Translations under genes and position numbers: made by a program
The notes under the pieces: model-generated
The model's database searches: none
Seen by the model: the letters and a program-made list of their open reading frames with translations, nothing else
Told to the model about the DNA's origin: nothing
In this document: piece by piece, positions 1 through 12,409 of the stretch
Layout of the letters: each line of letters opens with the position of its first letter
Position numbering within the stretch: the first letter of the stretch is position 1
DNA from: Lama glama
Lineage: Eukaryota
Length of the DNA: 64,000 nt
Direction of reading: 5' to 3'
NCBI GenBank assembly: GCA_028534125.1
Contig: CM052839.1
Span: forward strand, 13,950,001-14,014,000

Positions 1-149
1 AGCTGGTGCCGGCCGCTGGCGCAGGGCATGGTGCCCGGGGTCCTGCACTGGGGGCAGGGAGCTCGTGGGCAGGACTGGGGGCAGCCGCAGAAGGCCAGTG
101 AAGGTGCCCCAGTGGGGTAAAGTGGCTTCTGCTCTTCTTGGCTTTCTAG

Positions 150-224
150 GACCCCAGGGCGACCGTGGTGGAGGTCAGGTCCAAGGCAAAGAGCAAGTGG
201 AGGCCTCAAGCTCTGGACACTGTG
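150..224 (+). CDS. TOP3A: TOP3A exon
   Basis: ttctag|...|gtatgt; [25 protein letters not shown]. Confidence 0.93.
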
Positions 225-3200
225 GTATGTCTGGGGGCTGGGGGGGTGCTGGGCCAGAGCCCCAGGAGCTCCACTGCAGACGGTGCCCAGTGGTGGGCCA
301 CCTCGCTCTTACTGGTGCTGCGTGGACGCCCTGAGGGAAAACAAGCCCCCAGAGCGCGGCCGGCTTGGCCCGTTGACAAGGTAGCAAATGCAGCATGACT
401 GCTTTACGCGGGGCTTAGGAAACAGAGGAAGAGGTCGTCTGTCACCTTGCCCTCCCTCCGTAACTGCTGAGGTAACTCTGGTGTCTTCCTCCATTTTATT
501 CCGTGCCATTTTTTACGGCATTATAATTGGAATAGCTAGTTTTTTTCCACCTCATTTTTTTTTTAATGCTTCTGCATCATCCACATAACCTTCATTTTAA
601 ACATCCACTTCATGAGCCTACCCTAGAATAGGGCTTCTCAAGTTTTTGGCCCCAGGAAGAGACACCCATTGGGACTCAGGGTGCCCCTTTCCAGTCACCG
701 CTGTGCAGGAAAATCTGGGTGCAGTTACTGTGGGGTGGCTCTGGAGGATGGATGCGCAGAATGTTCAGGGCCATCCTCTCAGGGTATGTGGGGGGGGCGT
801 GGTGAGGGGTGATGGGGGACAGTTATGGGTTGGTTGCACACAGTGGGCTGTTTTATCCCTCACTGGTTAACATGCTTTGACATGTAGCCAGCAGCATTGT
901 CGGGGTGTCACCAAGGGGAAGGGACAGCTGGTTGTCCCCAAGGGTAAGGGGGTTCATCACCCAGGGGAACATCCCGGGGTTCGTCACCCAGGGGAACATC
1001 CCAGGGTTCGGGTGGCGTTCCCAAAGTGCGGCTCTCAGATTGCCGGTATTACAGTCACCATATTAGACACTTGTGGAAAGTGCGTATTTCTGGCCCGTCT
1101 CCCAGCCCTCCTCTGTCAGCATCCCCGGTGCTCGGGGCCCAGGGACCTGCTTGCTTCCTGGTGAATCTTGCTTCTGCACCTCACAGTCTGAGGACCCAGG
1201 GCCCGGGTCTGGCTCTGCCTAGCAGGCCGGGAACTCTCTCTTCGGCACAGCCTTTGAGACACGTGTGAGGACAGCTGGGGCACGGGGCCAGACGGCTCTG
1301 AGGAGGAGGAAATGACGTGTCATGCCCTCTGACTCACGCCCTGTGACCTCACACACTTGTCCACACATTTAACAGGAGCTTGAGAAGCTGGCTTCTCGGA
1401 AGTTGAGGATAAATGCTAAGGAAACCATGAGGATTGCTGAAAGGCTCTACACTCAGGGGTAAGTATTAGTGTGTGTTTGGGCGTGGAGTTCAATGCATCG
1501 GTATCTGGGTGAGATATTTTAGAAACAGAGCCCGTGGGAACACAGACTGTCTAGAAATGACTTGAGCCCAGAGTAGGAGAATTCTGGCACTGGCTTCTCT
1601 CTTCTGATGCAGGATCACTTACCTCCTCCCGTGAGAGCCCGTGGGGTACATTCATGTCCTGCTCTCGACCTCTCAGCAGACAGGGTGCTGCCAGGGTGGG
1701 CCACTCCTTCAGGAGTTGTTTGCCTGCCATGAACCATCCAGCTAGGGTCAGGAGCACCCAGCGCCATCCGGGGACAGCATGGTCCACACTGCCCAGTGTG
1801 GCCACTGTTGAGCACGTGGTTTGGGTTGTCCGAACTGAGAGGTGCTGCAGGTGTCAACGTGTAGTGGGTTTCGAAGTTGCAGATGAGAGAGGATGTAAGT
1901 GGTCCCAGGAGTGTTTAAGTGGCTAATAGAACATTGAAGATTACACTCAGGGCCCACGTTGTAGTTCTTGGGCAGTGTCATGGAGCACACGCTGCTGCGG
2001 CGGTCAGGGCCGCAGGCGCGTCCTGGGGTGGTTCTGTCACTGAAGTGGGGAGCCCGGGAGGGCCCCAGGGCCAGGGCTGCAGGAGCGCCGGGCAGCCCCG
2101 CACCCGCTGGGAGTCACACCTTGGGTCTCTCCCCGGCAAGGTGAAGTCCTTACCTCCAGGCTGGCTCAGACTGGCTGCAGCTGGTGTCACCAGTGTTTTC
2201 AAGCTAATTCTGACATTTACAGGTAGATTTAGCGATTTCTCGTTCTGTTTGTTTGGCTTTGTTTTAGGTACATCAGCTATCCCCGAACTGAAACAAACAT
2301 TTTCCCCAAAGACTTAAACTTGACTGTGCTGGTGGAGCAGCAGACCCCGGATCCGCGCTGGGGGGCCTTTGCCCGGAACATTCTAGAGCGGGGTGGCCCC
2401 ACCCCACGCAATGGGAACAAGTCTGACCAAGCTCACCCTCCCATCCACCCTACCAAGTACACGGACAGCTTGCAGGTTGGTTTCCGCAGTGGGCTCTGTT
2501 CCGTGCAGCCCTCACTCCTCCGGCCCCGCCCTGAGCTGCTTCCCTGACCCTCTGCACACAGCAGGCAGCCTGTTCCCTGAGCGCCTACAAAGCCCCCGCA
2601 CCTGGCTCGGTTTCAGTTTCTGTCGCCTTCCTGAAACCTCAGGGCCACCTCTGGGCCCGCTCCGGCCCCATGGGCCTCCCCACGGCCTGCTCCCCAGCCC
2701 ATCATCCGCGCCTGCCATCCGCTCCTCTGGGCTCCCGCTCTGGGGCCCCGGCTGCAGACTTACCATCTTGTTGCTCCTGATTCCAGAAGTGATACATGTT
2801 TATTTCAGGCCGTCTACAAAATAAAAAGATCATAGGGAAGGGAAAGTGGGCTGTAATCTCACTGCCTCCTACCGAGAACCCCATTTTTCTCTGTGTGTAT
2901 TTAATTTTCTTACAATTAAATTGTAATCTTAAGCAGCTTTGTAAACTGCTTGTTTCATCTTGTATCACGAGTATAACCGCATATGCTGAAGTGTTTTAGT
3001 GATACTTGATGATTGCATAGATCCGTTGAAGTTATCTTGCCGAATCTGTTTTTGAAAGATTAAGTCGTTTCCGACTGTTTGCCACGTGGTACACCGTAGT
3101 CAGCGCCTGACTGGCTAGCTGCGGGGCCCCCTCCCCCCAGCGCAGATGTGCTCGGGAGGCTGCTGGCCGCGAGAGTGCGCTCTGTGGGCCCTGTAGCTGG

Positions 3201-6200
3201 AGCCTCACTCAGTCCGCGATCACGGGGTTGGCGGCAAGTCCCTACGAGCCCTGTGCTCCCAGAGTTGGTCTGAGGCCGCCGCACCTTCACCCTGTGTGTC
3301 TCCAGACAAGGGGTCTGTCAGTAACTCTTACGCTTTTGCCTTGCTTTCTGCCTAGACAGGGTTTATACCCTGGAACTCCCTTGCCTGCTTCTGCCCGACG
3401 AGGGTGGTGAGGCTCACGGACACAGACCCACAGCTCGCAGGGGATCTGCCCGCCCTGGGCGTTGGCAGGCCGGGAGCTGTGTGCGCGATGACGCGGGGCC
3501 CCGGGCTTGGGCAAGGCTGTGTGCGGGGGCTCAGCTCCCTCTCCTCGCAGGGCAACGAGTGGCGGCTGTATGAGCTCATCGTCCGCCACTTCCTGGCCTG
3601 CTGCTCCCGGGACGCCCAGGGCCAGGAGACCACCGTGGACATCGACATCGCGCGTGAGCGCTTCGTGGCCCACGGCCTGGTGATTCTGGCCCGGAACTAC
3701 CTGGACGTGTACCCCTACGACCACTGGAGCGACAAGGTGGGAAGGCACAGGTCCGGGCAGGGGCCTGGGCCTCGGGGTGGGGGGTGGCGGGGAGACAGGT
3801 GTGTTGCCAGTCCGGGGGTTGGAGCGGAGCTGGGGTCTGGGCCGAGTGCCGAGCGGGGGTCTGACCGATGCGTCTGCTGCCCCTGTAGACCCTCCCCGTC
3901 TACGAGCAAGGCTCTCGCTTTCAGCCCAGCACCGTGGAGCTGGTGGATGGGGAGACCAGCCCACCGCAGCTGCTCACTGAGGCCGACCTCATTGCCCTCA
4001 TGGAGAAGCACGGCATCGGTCAGTGGTCGCTGGGGGTTGGGGGGCCGCATCTCTCCGTCTTCCCTGCAGCTCTCCTGTGGGGCCGTGCTCTTCTCCCCGC
4101 TGGCATGAAGTGAGGCTTAGGGAAGGGAAGAACTCGTGATTAAGGTCACAGAGTGCGTGAGTGAGGAGAACCTGGGCCCAGGTAACTCGCAGACGATGCC
4201 CTTAACCACGGCTCTGCACCATCCACGCGCGGACGTAGCTGTTTCTGTCACTCAGGGGTCTCAATGGGGGGCCGTCCTGCTCTGGTCCTGTCCAGAGACT
4301 CAGTATTTTTGGTCTACATAAGAGTTTGTTGTTTTTATTTTATTTTTAACAAGGTACTAACGTTTAAAGTATCAGGAGGTCTGGCAGTCCTCGCCCTCAC
4401 CCAGGGGACGATGGGTGGGCTTGGAGTGGTGGCCGTTCTCTGTCCCTCATACTTGGCTTCGCTCACTGGCCCGACACACGCCAGGCCCCATGGAGTCCGA
4501 GTCTGCCACCCTTCCAGGGCCGAGGGCGGTCATGTGCTCAGTTTTTGTTCAAGCATCTCCCATAATTGTTCAAGAGTCAGAAAAAAAAATTTTTTTAAAG
4601 GGTGGGTGGGTGCAGAATTATTTTCCCCAGTAAGTCCCATGGCCCAGGCTTTACAGATGGGCCCCCTATGGCTGATCTGCTGTCCCCTCAGTGTTCACCA
4701 GAGCTCTTGGGACCGTCTCTGGCAGCAAGTCCAGGGGGTCTGGCCCGGGGGGCGGGGCGGGTCCGGAGGCACCCCGTTCGCTCCGCACACAGCACTGCGC
4801 TGCACGGTGAGTGCTGTGTCCTGTGACCCAGGAGGACGTGCCCCTCCCTGGGGCCTGCCACCATCACTGTGCCTTCCAGACAGCCTGTGATTTAGGCAGA
4901 CTTACAGGTAGTTCACTCAGCGTAACTTGTTTATAAAAAATAACAAATTGTGTTCTGGGGACACAAGAGTAATGGAGCCTAGTCTTCCCTTCAAGGGCTC
5001 GTCAAGTGGTAGAAGCGAGTCAAACCCTGTGTTAGATGCGGCTGGTGGGGGCGGTTCACTCCTGGTGAACGAAGGCAGAGCCAGCGGAGGCGGGGCCGGG
5101 GAATGGCGCGGGGATGGGGTGCACGTGCTGTTGGCGGGGAGCGGGGTCTGGAAGGCGAGACCAGGAACAGGATTTGAGCCCAGCTCGGCGGGGCCTGGTG
5201 CATTTGGCTGAGGGCCTTGGGTGTGGTCCCGCGGTCAGCAGAGAGCAGGCTGAGATTTCCAAGAAAGCAGCACAGAGCTGCGTTTTAAGAGAATGGTAAC
5301 AGCTTCGCTGAGACTGAATTTGCATGCCATGTGGTTCACTGAGGCTCCATGCACACAGTTCAGTGTTCAGTAGACTCTCCTCGGTCAACACTGGGACACT
5401 TTCACACCCATTAGCGGTCATGGCCCTCGCCCACGCCCCTCCTCTGCAGCCCCCAGCCCTGGGCAGTCGCTCATCTTTTTGGCTCAGTAGATGGCCTGTC
5501 TTGGACATTCCTTACAAACGGACGTTCATGGCCTTCGTGCCTGGAGTCTCATGCTGCACGTCCCCAGGCGCGTCAAGGCTGTAGCGTCTCAGTGCTTCCT
5601 TCCTGTTCCTTCCCAAATCCTCTTCCATCGTGTGGGGACCTCGTTTCCTTTACCTGTTCATCCTCTCGCGGGCGTCTGGGTCGTTTCTACCTGTTGGCTG
5701 CTGTGAACACGTCCGGACAGGTTTTTGGTGGATGGGCCTCAGTTCTGCTGGGCCCACGCGTAGGAGCAGGCTCGCTGGGCCCTTTGGTGACTGACGTTTT
5801 GAGGCACCGCAGACTGTCTTCTACGGCAGCCATACCATCTTGGAATCTGCCAGCACTGTGTGCGGGCTGAGGTTTCTCCACGCCCGCCCCGGGGTTTGTT
5901 TTCTTCTGCTTGGTTACACTCATCCACGTGAGCGTGAACGGCTGTTTCTCTGTGGTTGTGATTTGCATTTCCTTGACAGCAGAGCTGCATCTTAGAAGCT
6001 CCCCTCGGTCAGAGCATAAAAAGCGGGGTGGGCAGGGGAGGAAACGGGCGCTGTGATGAAGCGGATGAGAGGCGGGGGGCTCTGACCCGTGGGTGGGACA
6101 CAGGGAATTTCAGAGCCGGAATTGGCAGCTTGAGGGAGTAAGTGGGTGCTGAGGAGAGGCAAGGTGGCCCTTGTGGTTTTGTCATGGGCCAGATGTGAGT

Positions 6201-9200
6201 GGAGGTGCCACCTGGAATGGGGATCCAGGTGGAGATGGGGCCCTGGGGAGTGCAGATCAGCTGAGTAACCAGGAGGGGCCCGCAGGCACGGACGCCACGC
6301 ATGCGGAGCACATCGAGACCATCAAGGCCCGGATGTACGTTGGGCTCACGGCGGACAAACGCTTCCTCCCCGGGCACCTGGGCATGGGGCTCGTGGAAGG
6401 TGAGAAGGCGGGGCCTGCGGGGGTGGGGGGGTCACTGAGGCTTCCAGGCGTGTCCGGGCCACACTGGATGCTGCGCTCTGCCCACAGGTTATGACTCCAT
6501 GGGCTACGAGATGTCCAAGCCTGACCTGCGGGCCGAGCTGGAGGCTGACCTGAAGCTCATCTGTGAGGGGAAGAAGGACAAGTGTGCTGTCCTGCAGCAG
6601 CAGGTCCAGAAGTACAAGCAGGTGTTCATCGAGGCGGTGGCCAAAGCTGAGAAGTGAGTGCCGGGCCTGCTCTCCCACAATCCTGTCTGCTCCCCACGCC
6701 CCCTCCAGGCCTCCCTTCCCCAGAGCCTGGCAGTGCAGGAGCAGGAACCAGGAAGGCCCGGTCCACTCCTCTGGGGCTGCTGGCCCTCGGGTTGCCGACC
6801 TCTCGATTTCAGTTCTGCCTTCAGTTAGGAGGCTGCACAGTCTCGTGTGTCAGTAACCGTGCTGGCGTGCGACCACTGCCCTCTGCAATGTTTAGAGATG
6901 GCTGGGACAGACAGTGTGTGTTTTCCTTTAGAGAAAACGCATTTCCCAGCTGGTGCCAATTTTGAAAAGAAATGCGTGAGCTGTTGAAACTTGGATCCAG
7001 ATAGACCAGTGTGTGTGAACCCTGTGCGGTTGTGCATCTGAGGCGGGGTCCCCCCAAGAGCTGCGGGGGCCAGCCCAGCTTCCCGCCTGCCCCATTCTCC
7101 GTGTCAGGCCTGCGGCTGAGCAGCCCGTGGGTGCCTCGGGTCACGGTCGTGTGCTGTGCACGTAAGGATGCCATCTTGTGCCATTTCCTCAGGTTGGATG
7201 AGGCCTTGTCCCAGTACTTCGGGGAAGCGGCAGCGGCAGCCCAGCAAGAAGCCCTGTACCCGGCTGTGCCAGAGCCCGTCAGGAAGTGCCCGCAGTGCGG
7301 CAAGGACATGGTCCTCAAGACCCGGAGGGGCGGCGGGTCAGTGTCCGGCTGTGCCCCTCTGCCTGCCAGCCTGGCTGGATGCCCTCTGCAGGGCGTGCTG
7401 CTGTTCGTAAGGGCAGGGCTGCTTTTCCAGCCCTGGTAAAGGTGTTAGGAATGGGACAGTGGCCACGGAGGTGTGAGGCTGGGAACTCAGGAGGGGCTGG
7501 TGGGGCAGGGCGTGTGTCCCCTGCGGGTAGACATTGCGCAGCTGGTGTGTGGAGAGCAACGGACCCCACTGGTGCCCCGCACGGGCCTTGGGCCCCAAGG
7601 CGGGTTACTACCCACTCTGAGCCCCGGTGTCCTCCTCCAGCATCTCCCTCGGGCTGTGAGGCAGGTGGGGACAGAGGTTTCCTGTGGTTCATGCAGCCTT
7701 GGCAGGTATCCAGGCCACTGCATACCGGGGCTGGCTCAGAGAGCAGGGCTGCTGGTGGCGCCCTCCATGGGTCCTGAGGGTGGGAGCGCTCAGCCCCCGG
7801 CACTGCACTGCCACGGTGGTTTGTGAGTAAGGGGGCCACTCACTGTCGGAGACCGTGTCCCGCACAACCACCAGTGTCTCCTTTCGTCACTGAAGACCTT
7901 TCTTCGCCAGACGCAAGGTGCCTCCCGACAGTTCCCGGGGGCTGGCGGCTCCAGCCTGACCCCAGCCGTCCTCCCCAGGTTCTACCTCAGCTGCACGGGC
8001 TTCCCGGAGTGCCGGTCGGCTGTGTGGTTCCCCGACACCGTGCTGGAGGCCAGCAGGGATGGGAGTACGTGTCCTGTGTGTCAGCCGCAGCCCGTTTACA
8101 GGTGAGCCAGTGCAGGACGGAGCACAGCTGGGCATCTCCCACGGCCCTAATTCTTTGGCACCTCGGGGGTCGCTCGGCACCTAACTCTGTTCTCATCCGG
8201 TCGCTGCCGTTGTGTGTGTGGAAGCCAGCCCTGGAGGTCCTAGGGGAGCCCACCCTTCCCCTGCCCTCGCCCACCGGTTGTGCCGAGGCTGGGGACGGCC
8301 GTGTCCAGGAAGCCCAGAGCCCTCGTGGACGCCTCAGTACAGAACTGGTGCTGTCGGAAGTCACGGGGGACCCCAAAGGGCTCTTCTCGTGGGCTGTGTT
8401 TATTGGGCTTCGCCACGTCCTGGAGGGGAGGGGGGAGCTCAGTGGTAGAGCACATGCTAATGTGTATGAGGCCCCCGGTTCAGGCCCCAGCACCACTGGT
8501 AGAAACAAAACAAACACCACGAAGGTTTATGTTCTAAATGAAACCAGAGGTATCTTTCAAAACACGCATTAATGTGTTTATAACATGCAGTGTATGTTAA
8601 CGTCAATAAGCATGTTTTTAGGATAAAATGTATCTATTTTCCAAGGCAAAAAAATAAGAATGCATTGTTTTCCGTTTTTGCCAGTTTAACCTCTGGCTCC
8701 CTAGGAGAAGCGGGGCTCTCACCTGCGCACCTGTAGTCAGCCTGTTGGGTTTACTGCCTGTGCTGGGGCCTCTGGAGGGTCTAGCGCCCATGCATGGGGC
8801 AGCGAGAGCAGAGACGCGCTTCTCAGCCAGTCACCAAGCAGCGTAGCCTTGTGCAGGGCCCGGCGGCCCCCAGAGGCCCTGGGCCACACTGACCTGCGGG
8901 CACAGGAAGAGCCTGTCAGAGGCTCTGCTATTTTGGCCATTAATTGGGGTCTTGGAGTTTACCTCCTCCCACTCTGCACCCTTGTGACGACCGAGGGGCT
9001 GGGGTTGGTGTGCTTGGGTGGGTTTCCTGGGCAGGGGGCTGGCCTGGGAGGCTTGGGGTGGGCCCAGCCCTCCGAGGGCCAAGGAGAAGACTGTCGCACC
9101 CCGGTGGGTAATTTTTTTTTATCATTTTCTGGCCTCGCTAGGTTGAAGTTAAAGTTTAAACGTGGCAGCCTTCCCCCGACCATGCCTCTAGAGTTTGTCG

Positions 9201-10872
9201 GCTGCGTCGGCGGCTGTGATGAGACCTTGAGGGAGGTCCTGGACCTCAGGTTTTCACGGGGGCCCCCCAGAGCCTCCCAGCCAGCCCGCCAGCCCCCCGG
9301 CTACCTGCAGGCAAGCCAAGCCCTAGACAGAACGGACGGCAACCAGCCCAGCCACCCCCAGCCTCCCGGCACCAGGCCAGCCAGGCCCTCAAGGCCTCTG
9401 GCCGGGGCCCTGCCTTCGCCCGCTGCTGGTGGTGACAGCAACTCGGTGACCTGCAACTGCGGCCAGGAGGCGCTGCTGCTCACTGTGCGGAAGGAGGGGC
9501 CCAACCAGGGCCGGCAGTTCTACAAGTGTGGCAGCGGGGGCTGCAGCTTCTTCCTGTGGGCCGACAGCGGCCGGCCAGATGCAGGCGGGCCTCCGTCCTT
9601 GGCGCCCAGGCCCTGGGGCGGCCCAGGGAACCCCCCGGGGACTCTTGGCGACAGTGGTGGCGGCACGTCCTGCCTGTGCTGCCAGCCGGCCGTCACGCGC
9701 ACGGTGCAAAAGGATGGGCCCAACAGGGGGCGCCAGTTCCACACGTGCGCCAAGCCCCGGGAGCAGCAGTGCGGCTTCTTCCAGTGGGTGGACGAGAACG
9801 TGGCCCCAGGTGAGGCTGCCGGTGCGCTCCGCTGCCCAGGCCTGAGGGGGCGGGCTGGGGGCGCAGGGTCCCTTGCTCCTCCCCCTCGGTCACTGCCCAC
9901 AAGGTCTCGGGCACTTGCTGTGTGCCCGGCACTGAGCCGTCGCCCTGTTCACGCGTCCTCTTCCGTCGGGTAAGCGTCGTGACTACGGCTGTGCAGACCA
10001 GGAAGGTGCACCCTGACTGATGGGGTGACTTGCCTGGGGTCACACAGCCCAAGCCTTGAACGTGGGCTGCCTGATGCCACGGCCTGTGCAGCCTTTGTGA
10101 ACCTGTAGGGTCTATACTGTGAGCCTCGTTTCTTACGGTGAAGGCCCTGGCCCTGATGTCGAGAACCTGCCCCAGGTTACAGAACTTGGGTCTGGGGCCC
10201 CAGAAGTGGGGAGAGCAGCCACTTGGACACCAGGTCAGTGTAGATGATACACCTGGAGGCACCTGCTCCCCCGGGACACAGCGGATGCCTCACCACACAT
10301 CTAAGGGTGACCGAGAGGCCCGGTGGGATCTTTGTGGTGAGACAAGGCTGGTTCCCAGGCTGCATGTGTGACCTTGAACGGATGGCTTTTCGGCCTGTTT
10401 CTGCAATAGGATGGGCGCCCCCTGCCTCTCTCGGAGTCCCTGTTCACTTAGTGTCAGACTGTGATTCTGGTGCACGTGTCGCCACGGTCGTTTGTCAGCC
10501 CCGCAATGCCTGGAGGCATCGGGGTTCCTGCAGGGAAGGCAGAAGCAGTGCCGCCTCCGCACGCCCTCAGGCGGCTGCTGGCGGGGCCCCCCTCCCTGGG
10601 GCAGTGCGCCGTGAGGCTGTCAGGGCTCAGGGTCTGTCTGGACGGCCGCGAGGGGCCCTGCTACACTCATCCTTGCCCCCGCTCTCCCCACAGGGACTTT
10701 GGGAGGCCCAACCTGGTCAGGAGGTGGAGGAAGAACCCAGGGGCCGGAGGCCAGAAGCAAGAGAGCCCGGGCCGGTTCCTCAGACGCGGGGTCCGTGGCC
10801 AAGAAGCCCCGGAAGTGCAGCCTTTGTCACCAGCCTGGGCACACCCGCCCCTTCTGTCCCCAGAACAGATGA
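150..10872 (+). CDS. TOP3A: DNA topoisomerase III alpha, 3' part (last 11 coding exons; 5' end outside window)
   Basis: GT-AG exons 150-224, 1376-1458, 2268-2475, 3551-3736, 3889-4018, 6286-6399, 6488-6653, 7193-7336, 7979-8101, 9142-9809, 10694-10872 join in frame (2076 nt). Type IA active-site motif [10 protein letters not shown]4 zinc finger, two GRF zinc fingers and a CCHC knuckle ending PQNR*. Confidence 0.98.
949..1010. repeat. 27-bp tandem repeat, about 2.3 copies
   Basis: ggggttc(a/g)tcacccaggggaacatccc at 949-975 and 976-1002, partial copy 1003-1010. Confidence 0.9.
1376..1458 (+). CDS. TOP3A: TOP3A exon
   Basis: aacag|...|gtaagt; [28 protein letters not shown]. Confidence 0.95.
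1790..1982 (-). mobile_element. Decayed MER3/MER33-like hAT-Charlie fragment
   Basis: 1915-1980 aligns by eye with the reverse complement of the element end at 53726-53800. Confidence 0.5.
2268..2475 (+). CDS. TOP3A: TOP3A exon with catalytic Tyr motif
   Basis: [14 protein letters not shown]...[15 protein letters not shown]. Confidence 0.96.
3551..3736 (+). CDS. TOP3A: TOP3A exon
   Basis: [18 protein letters not shown]...YPYDHWSDK. Confidence 0.95.
3889..4018 (+). CDS. TOP3A: TOP3A exon
   Basis: TLPVYEQG...[16 protein letters not shown]. Confidence 0.95.
5285..5975 (-). mobile_element. Old L1 (L1M) 3'-region fragment, antisense
   Basis: Typical antisense L1M phrases (ttggctgctgtgaac..., gtggttgtgatttgcatttcc); boundaries approximate. 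Confidence 0.65.
6286..6399 (+). CDS. TOP3A: TOP3A exon (atypical acceptor)
   Basis: [20 protein letters not shown]...GMGLVE. Confidence 0.9.
6488..6653 (+). CDS. TOP3A: TOP3A exon
   Basis: [26 protein letters not shown]... Confidence 0.95.
7193..7336 (+). CDS. TOP3A: TOP3A exon (C4 zinc finger, first half)
   Basis: [10 protein letters not shown]...[14 protein letters not shown]. Confidence 0.94.
7979..8101 (+). CDS. TOP3A: TOP3A exon
   Basis: [18 protein letters not shown]...[10 protein letters not shown]. Confidence 0.94.
8424..8516 (+). mobile_element. tRNA-derived SINE, short copy
   Basis: A-box agctcagtggtagag, B-box-like ggttcaggccc, A-rich tail. Confidence 0.75.
9142..9809 (+). CDS. 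TOP3A: TOP3A exon with two GRF zinc fingers
   Basis: [12 protein letters not shown]...[21 protein letters not shown]...[19 protein letters not shown]. Confidence 0.96.
10694..10872 (+). CDS. TOP3A: TOP3A last coding exon (CCHC knuckle, stop)
   Basis: ...[23 protein letters not shown]; TGA 10870-10872. Confidence 0.95.
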
Positions 10873-11844
10873 GGCCAGGGTAGGGGCCAGAGAGCCACTT
10901 CCTCCACCTGCCCCTTCCACCTCCAGAAGTGGTGGATCCTGAAGTCTGGCCTATATGCTAAGAAGTCAGGATCCAGACCACGCTCTTGAGAAGTGGCCCT
11001 CTGCCTGGGGCTCAGGAACAGCCGTGGCCCCTGCCGAGAAGTCATGGAAGCTGCTCCTGTGGTCCCCTGGGGGCTGTGCTGTTAACGCGTTGGCAAAAGT
11101 CAGCGCGCCCAGCAGCTGAGCCTGCGGCCTGGGGTTGGGTGGCCTGCACGGGGCCTCCCTCCACAGACGTCCCAAGGAGGGGACAAGGCCAGGCGGTGGC
11201 TCTTGTTCTGAAGCTGCACCCACAGAAGCAGGTTCATTCCCCTTTACCAGGGAACTGCTGCGGCCAGGACGCCCGCAGCTCGTGTGCCTTAATGAAGGAT
11301 TCTGCCCCTTGACCCCAGCAGGTGACAGTGTGGCGTCTGGTGAATATTGGCAGGAGCCATGGGTACGGACATCACCCAGAGCCTGGCGGCCCTCCCGCCG
11401 TCTGCTGGCCCACATGGCCTCCCTCAGCCCGGCCCCGCTCCCTGTCCACGTGGTCGGCAGTGAGTCCAGCTCTCCTGGCCCCACCGTGGTCCTATGGGTC
11501 AGAGAGGAGCTGGTGTGAGATTCAGATCTCTCCACACCGTGCAGAGCCTGCCACATGCCTCATGTGTCCTCACAAAACCTCGGGAACAATACGTAGCCAT
11601 GTTGGCTTCGTTCTGTGGTTTGGACAACACACAGGAATAGGCTGTGAGTTGCGCAGAGTCATGTTGCTCATGGGTGAAGCAATGAACTGTCCTCAGGCCT
11701 TGGGACTCCAGGCTCCTACCCTTCCTGGATACCAGCGCTCCACCCTGGCTGGACAGCAGGATGCCTGGACTCGCTCCAGGAGCGTCTGGTCAGCGGGTGT
11801 GGGTCACGGCCCTGCGGCCCAGCCTGCTCCATCTACGTGGTTTC

Positions 11845-12400
11845 ATCTCTTCTGAATGTTCCATATACGTGGAGCCATATGGGACGTGGCCCTGTGTCTG
11901 CTGCTTCCTCTGGGCGTCGTGTCTTCCAGGGTCACCCCTGTGGTCCTGTATTCAGTGCTCTGTCCTTTCTATGACTGAGTGATGTTCCATGGTGTGGCTG
12001 GACCACAATTTGTTCATCTGTTCTTCAGTTGATGGACACTTGGGCTGTTTCCACCTCCCAGCTGTCATGAGCAGTGTTGCTATAAACCTTGTACGAGCGT
12101 TTAAACACCTGTCGTGTTCCTTTAGGTCTGTACCTAGGAGTGGAGTTGCTGGGTCATGAGAGTCTGTGTTTAACTTTTGAAGAAGCACTAAACTTTTCCA
12201 GGGCAGCTGCACCGTTTTGCGTGCTCAGTGGCCCTGTGAGAGGGCTCCTGTTTTTTCACGTCCTTTCCCACGCTTATTTCCCGTTTTTTCCTTTTTTAAA
12301 AAAAATTTTGGCCATCCTGGTGGGTGTGCAGTGCTGTCTCGTGGTTTGGGCTTGTTTTCCTAACGGCGGTAGATGTCGCACAACCTTTGGGTGCTTCTCT
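11845..12400 (-). mobile_element. Old L1 (L1M) 3'-region fragment, antisense; appears to resume at about 13010-13095
   Basis: ttcatctgttcttcagttgatggacacttgggctgtttcc...; the - strand ORF has L1 ORF2 C-terminal-like words (WKQPKCPS). Confidence 0.75.
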
Positions 12401-12409
12401 GGCCTTTGG

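Noticed and set aside
949-1010. CRISPR-like repeat
   Set aside because: Head-to-tail tandem units with no spacers, in a mammalian intron.
8424-8500. tRNA genes here and at 50286-50360
   Set aside because: No proper acceptor-stem pairing; followed by SINE body and A tail, so these are SINE heads.
8849-9973. 374-aa ORF as a separate GRF zinc-finger gene
   Set aside because: It is the TOP3A exon 9142-9809 plus intron read-through.
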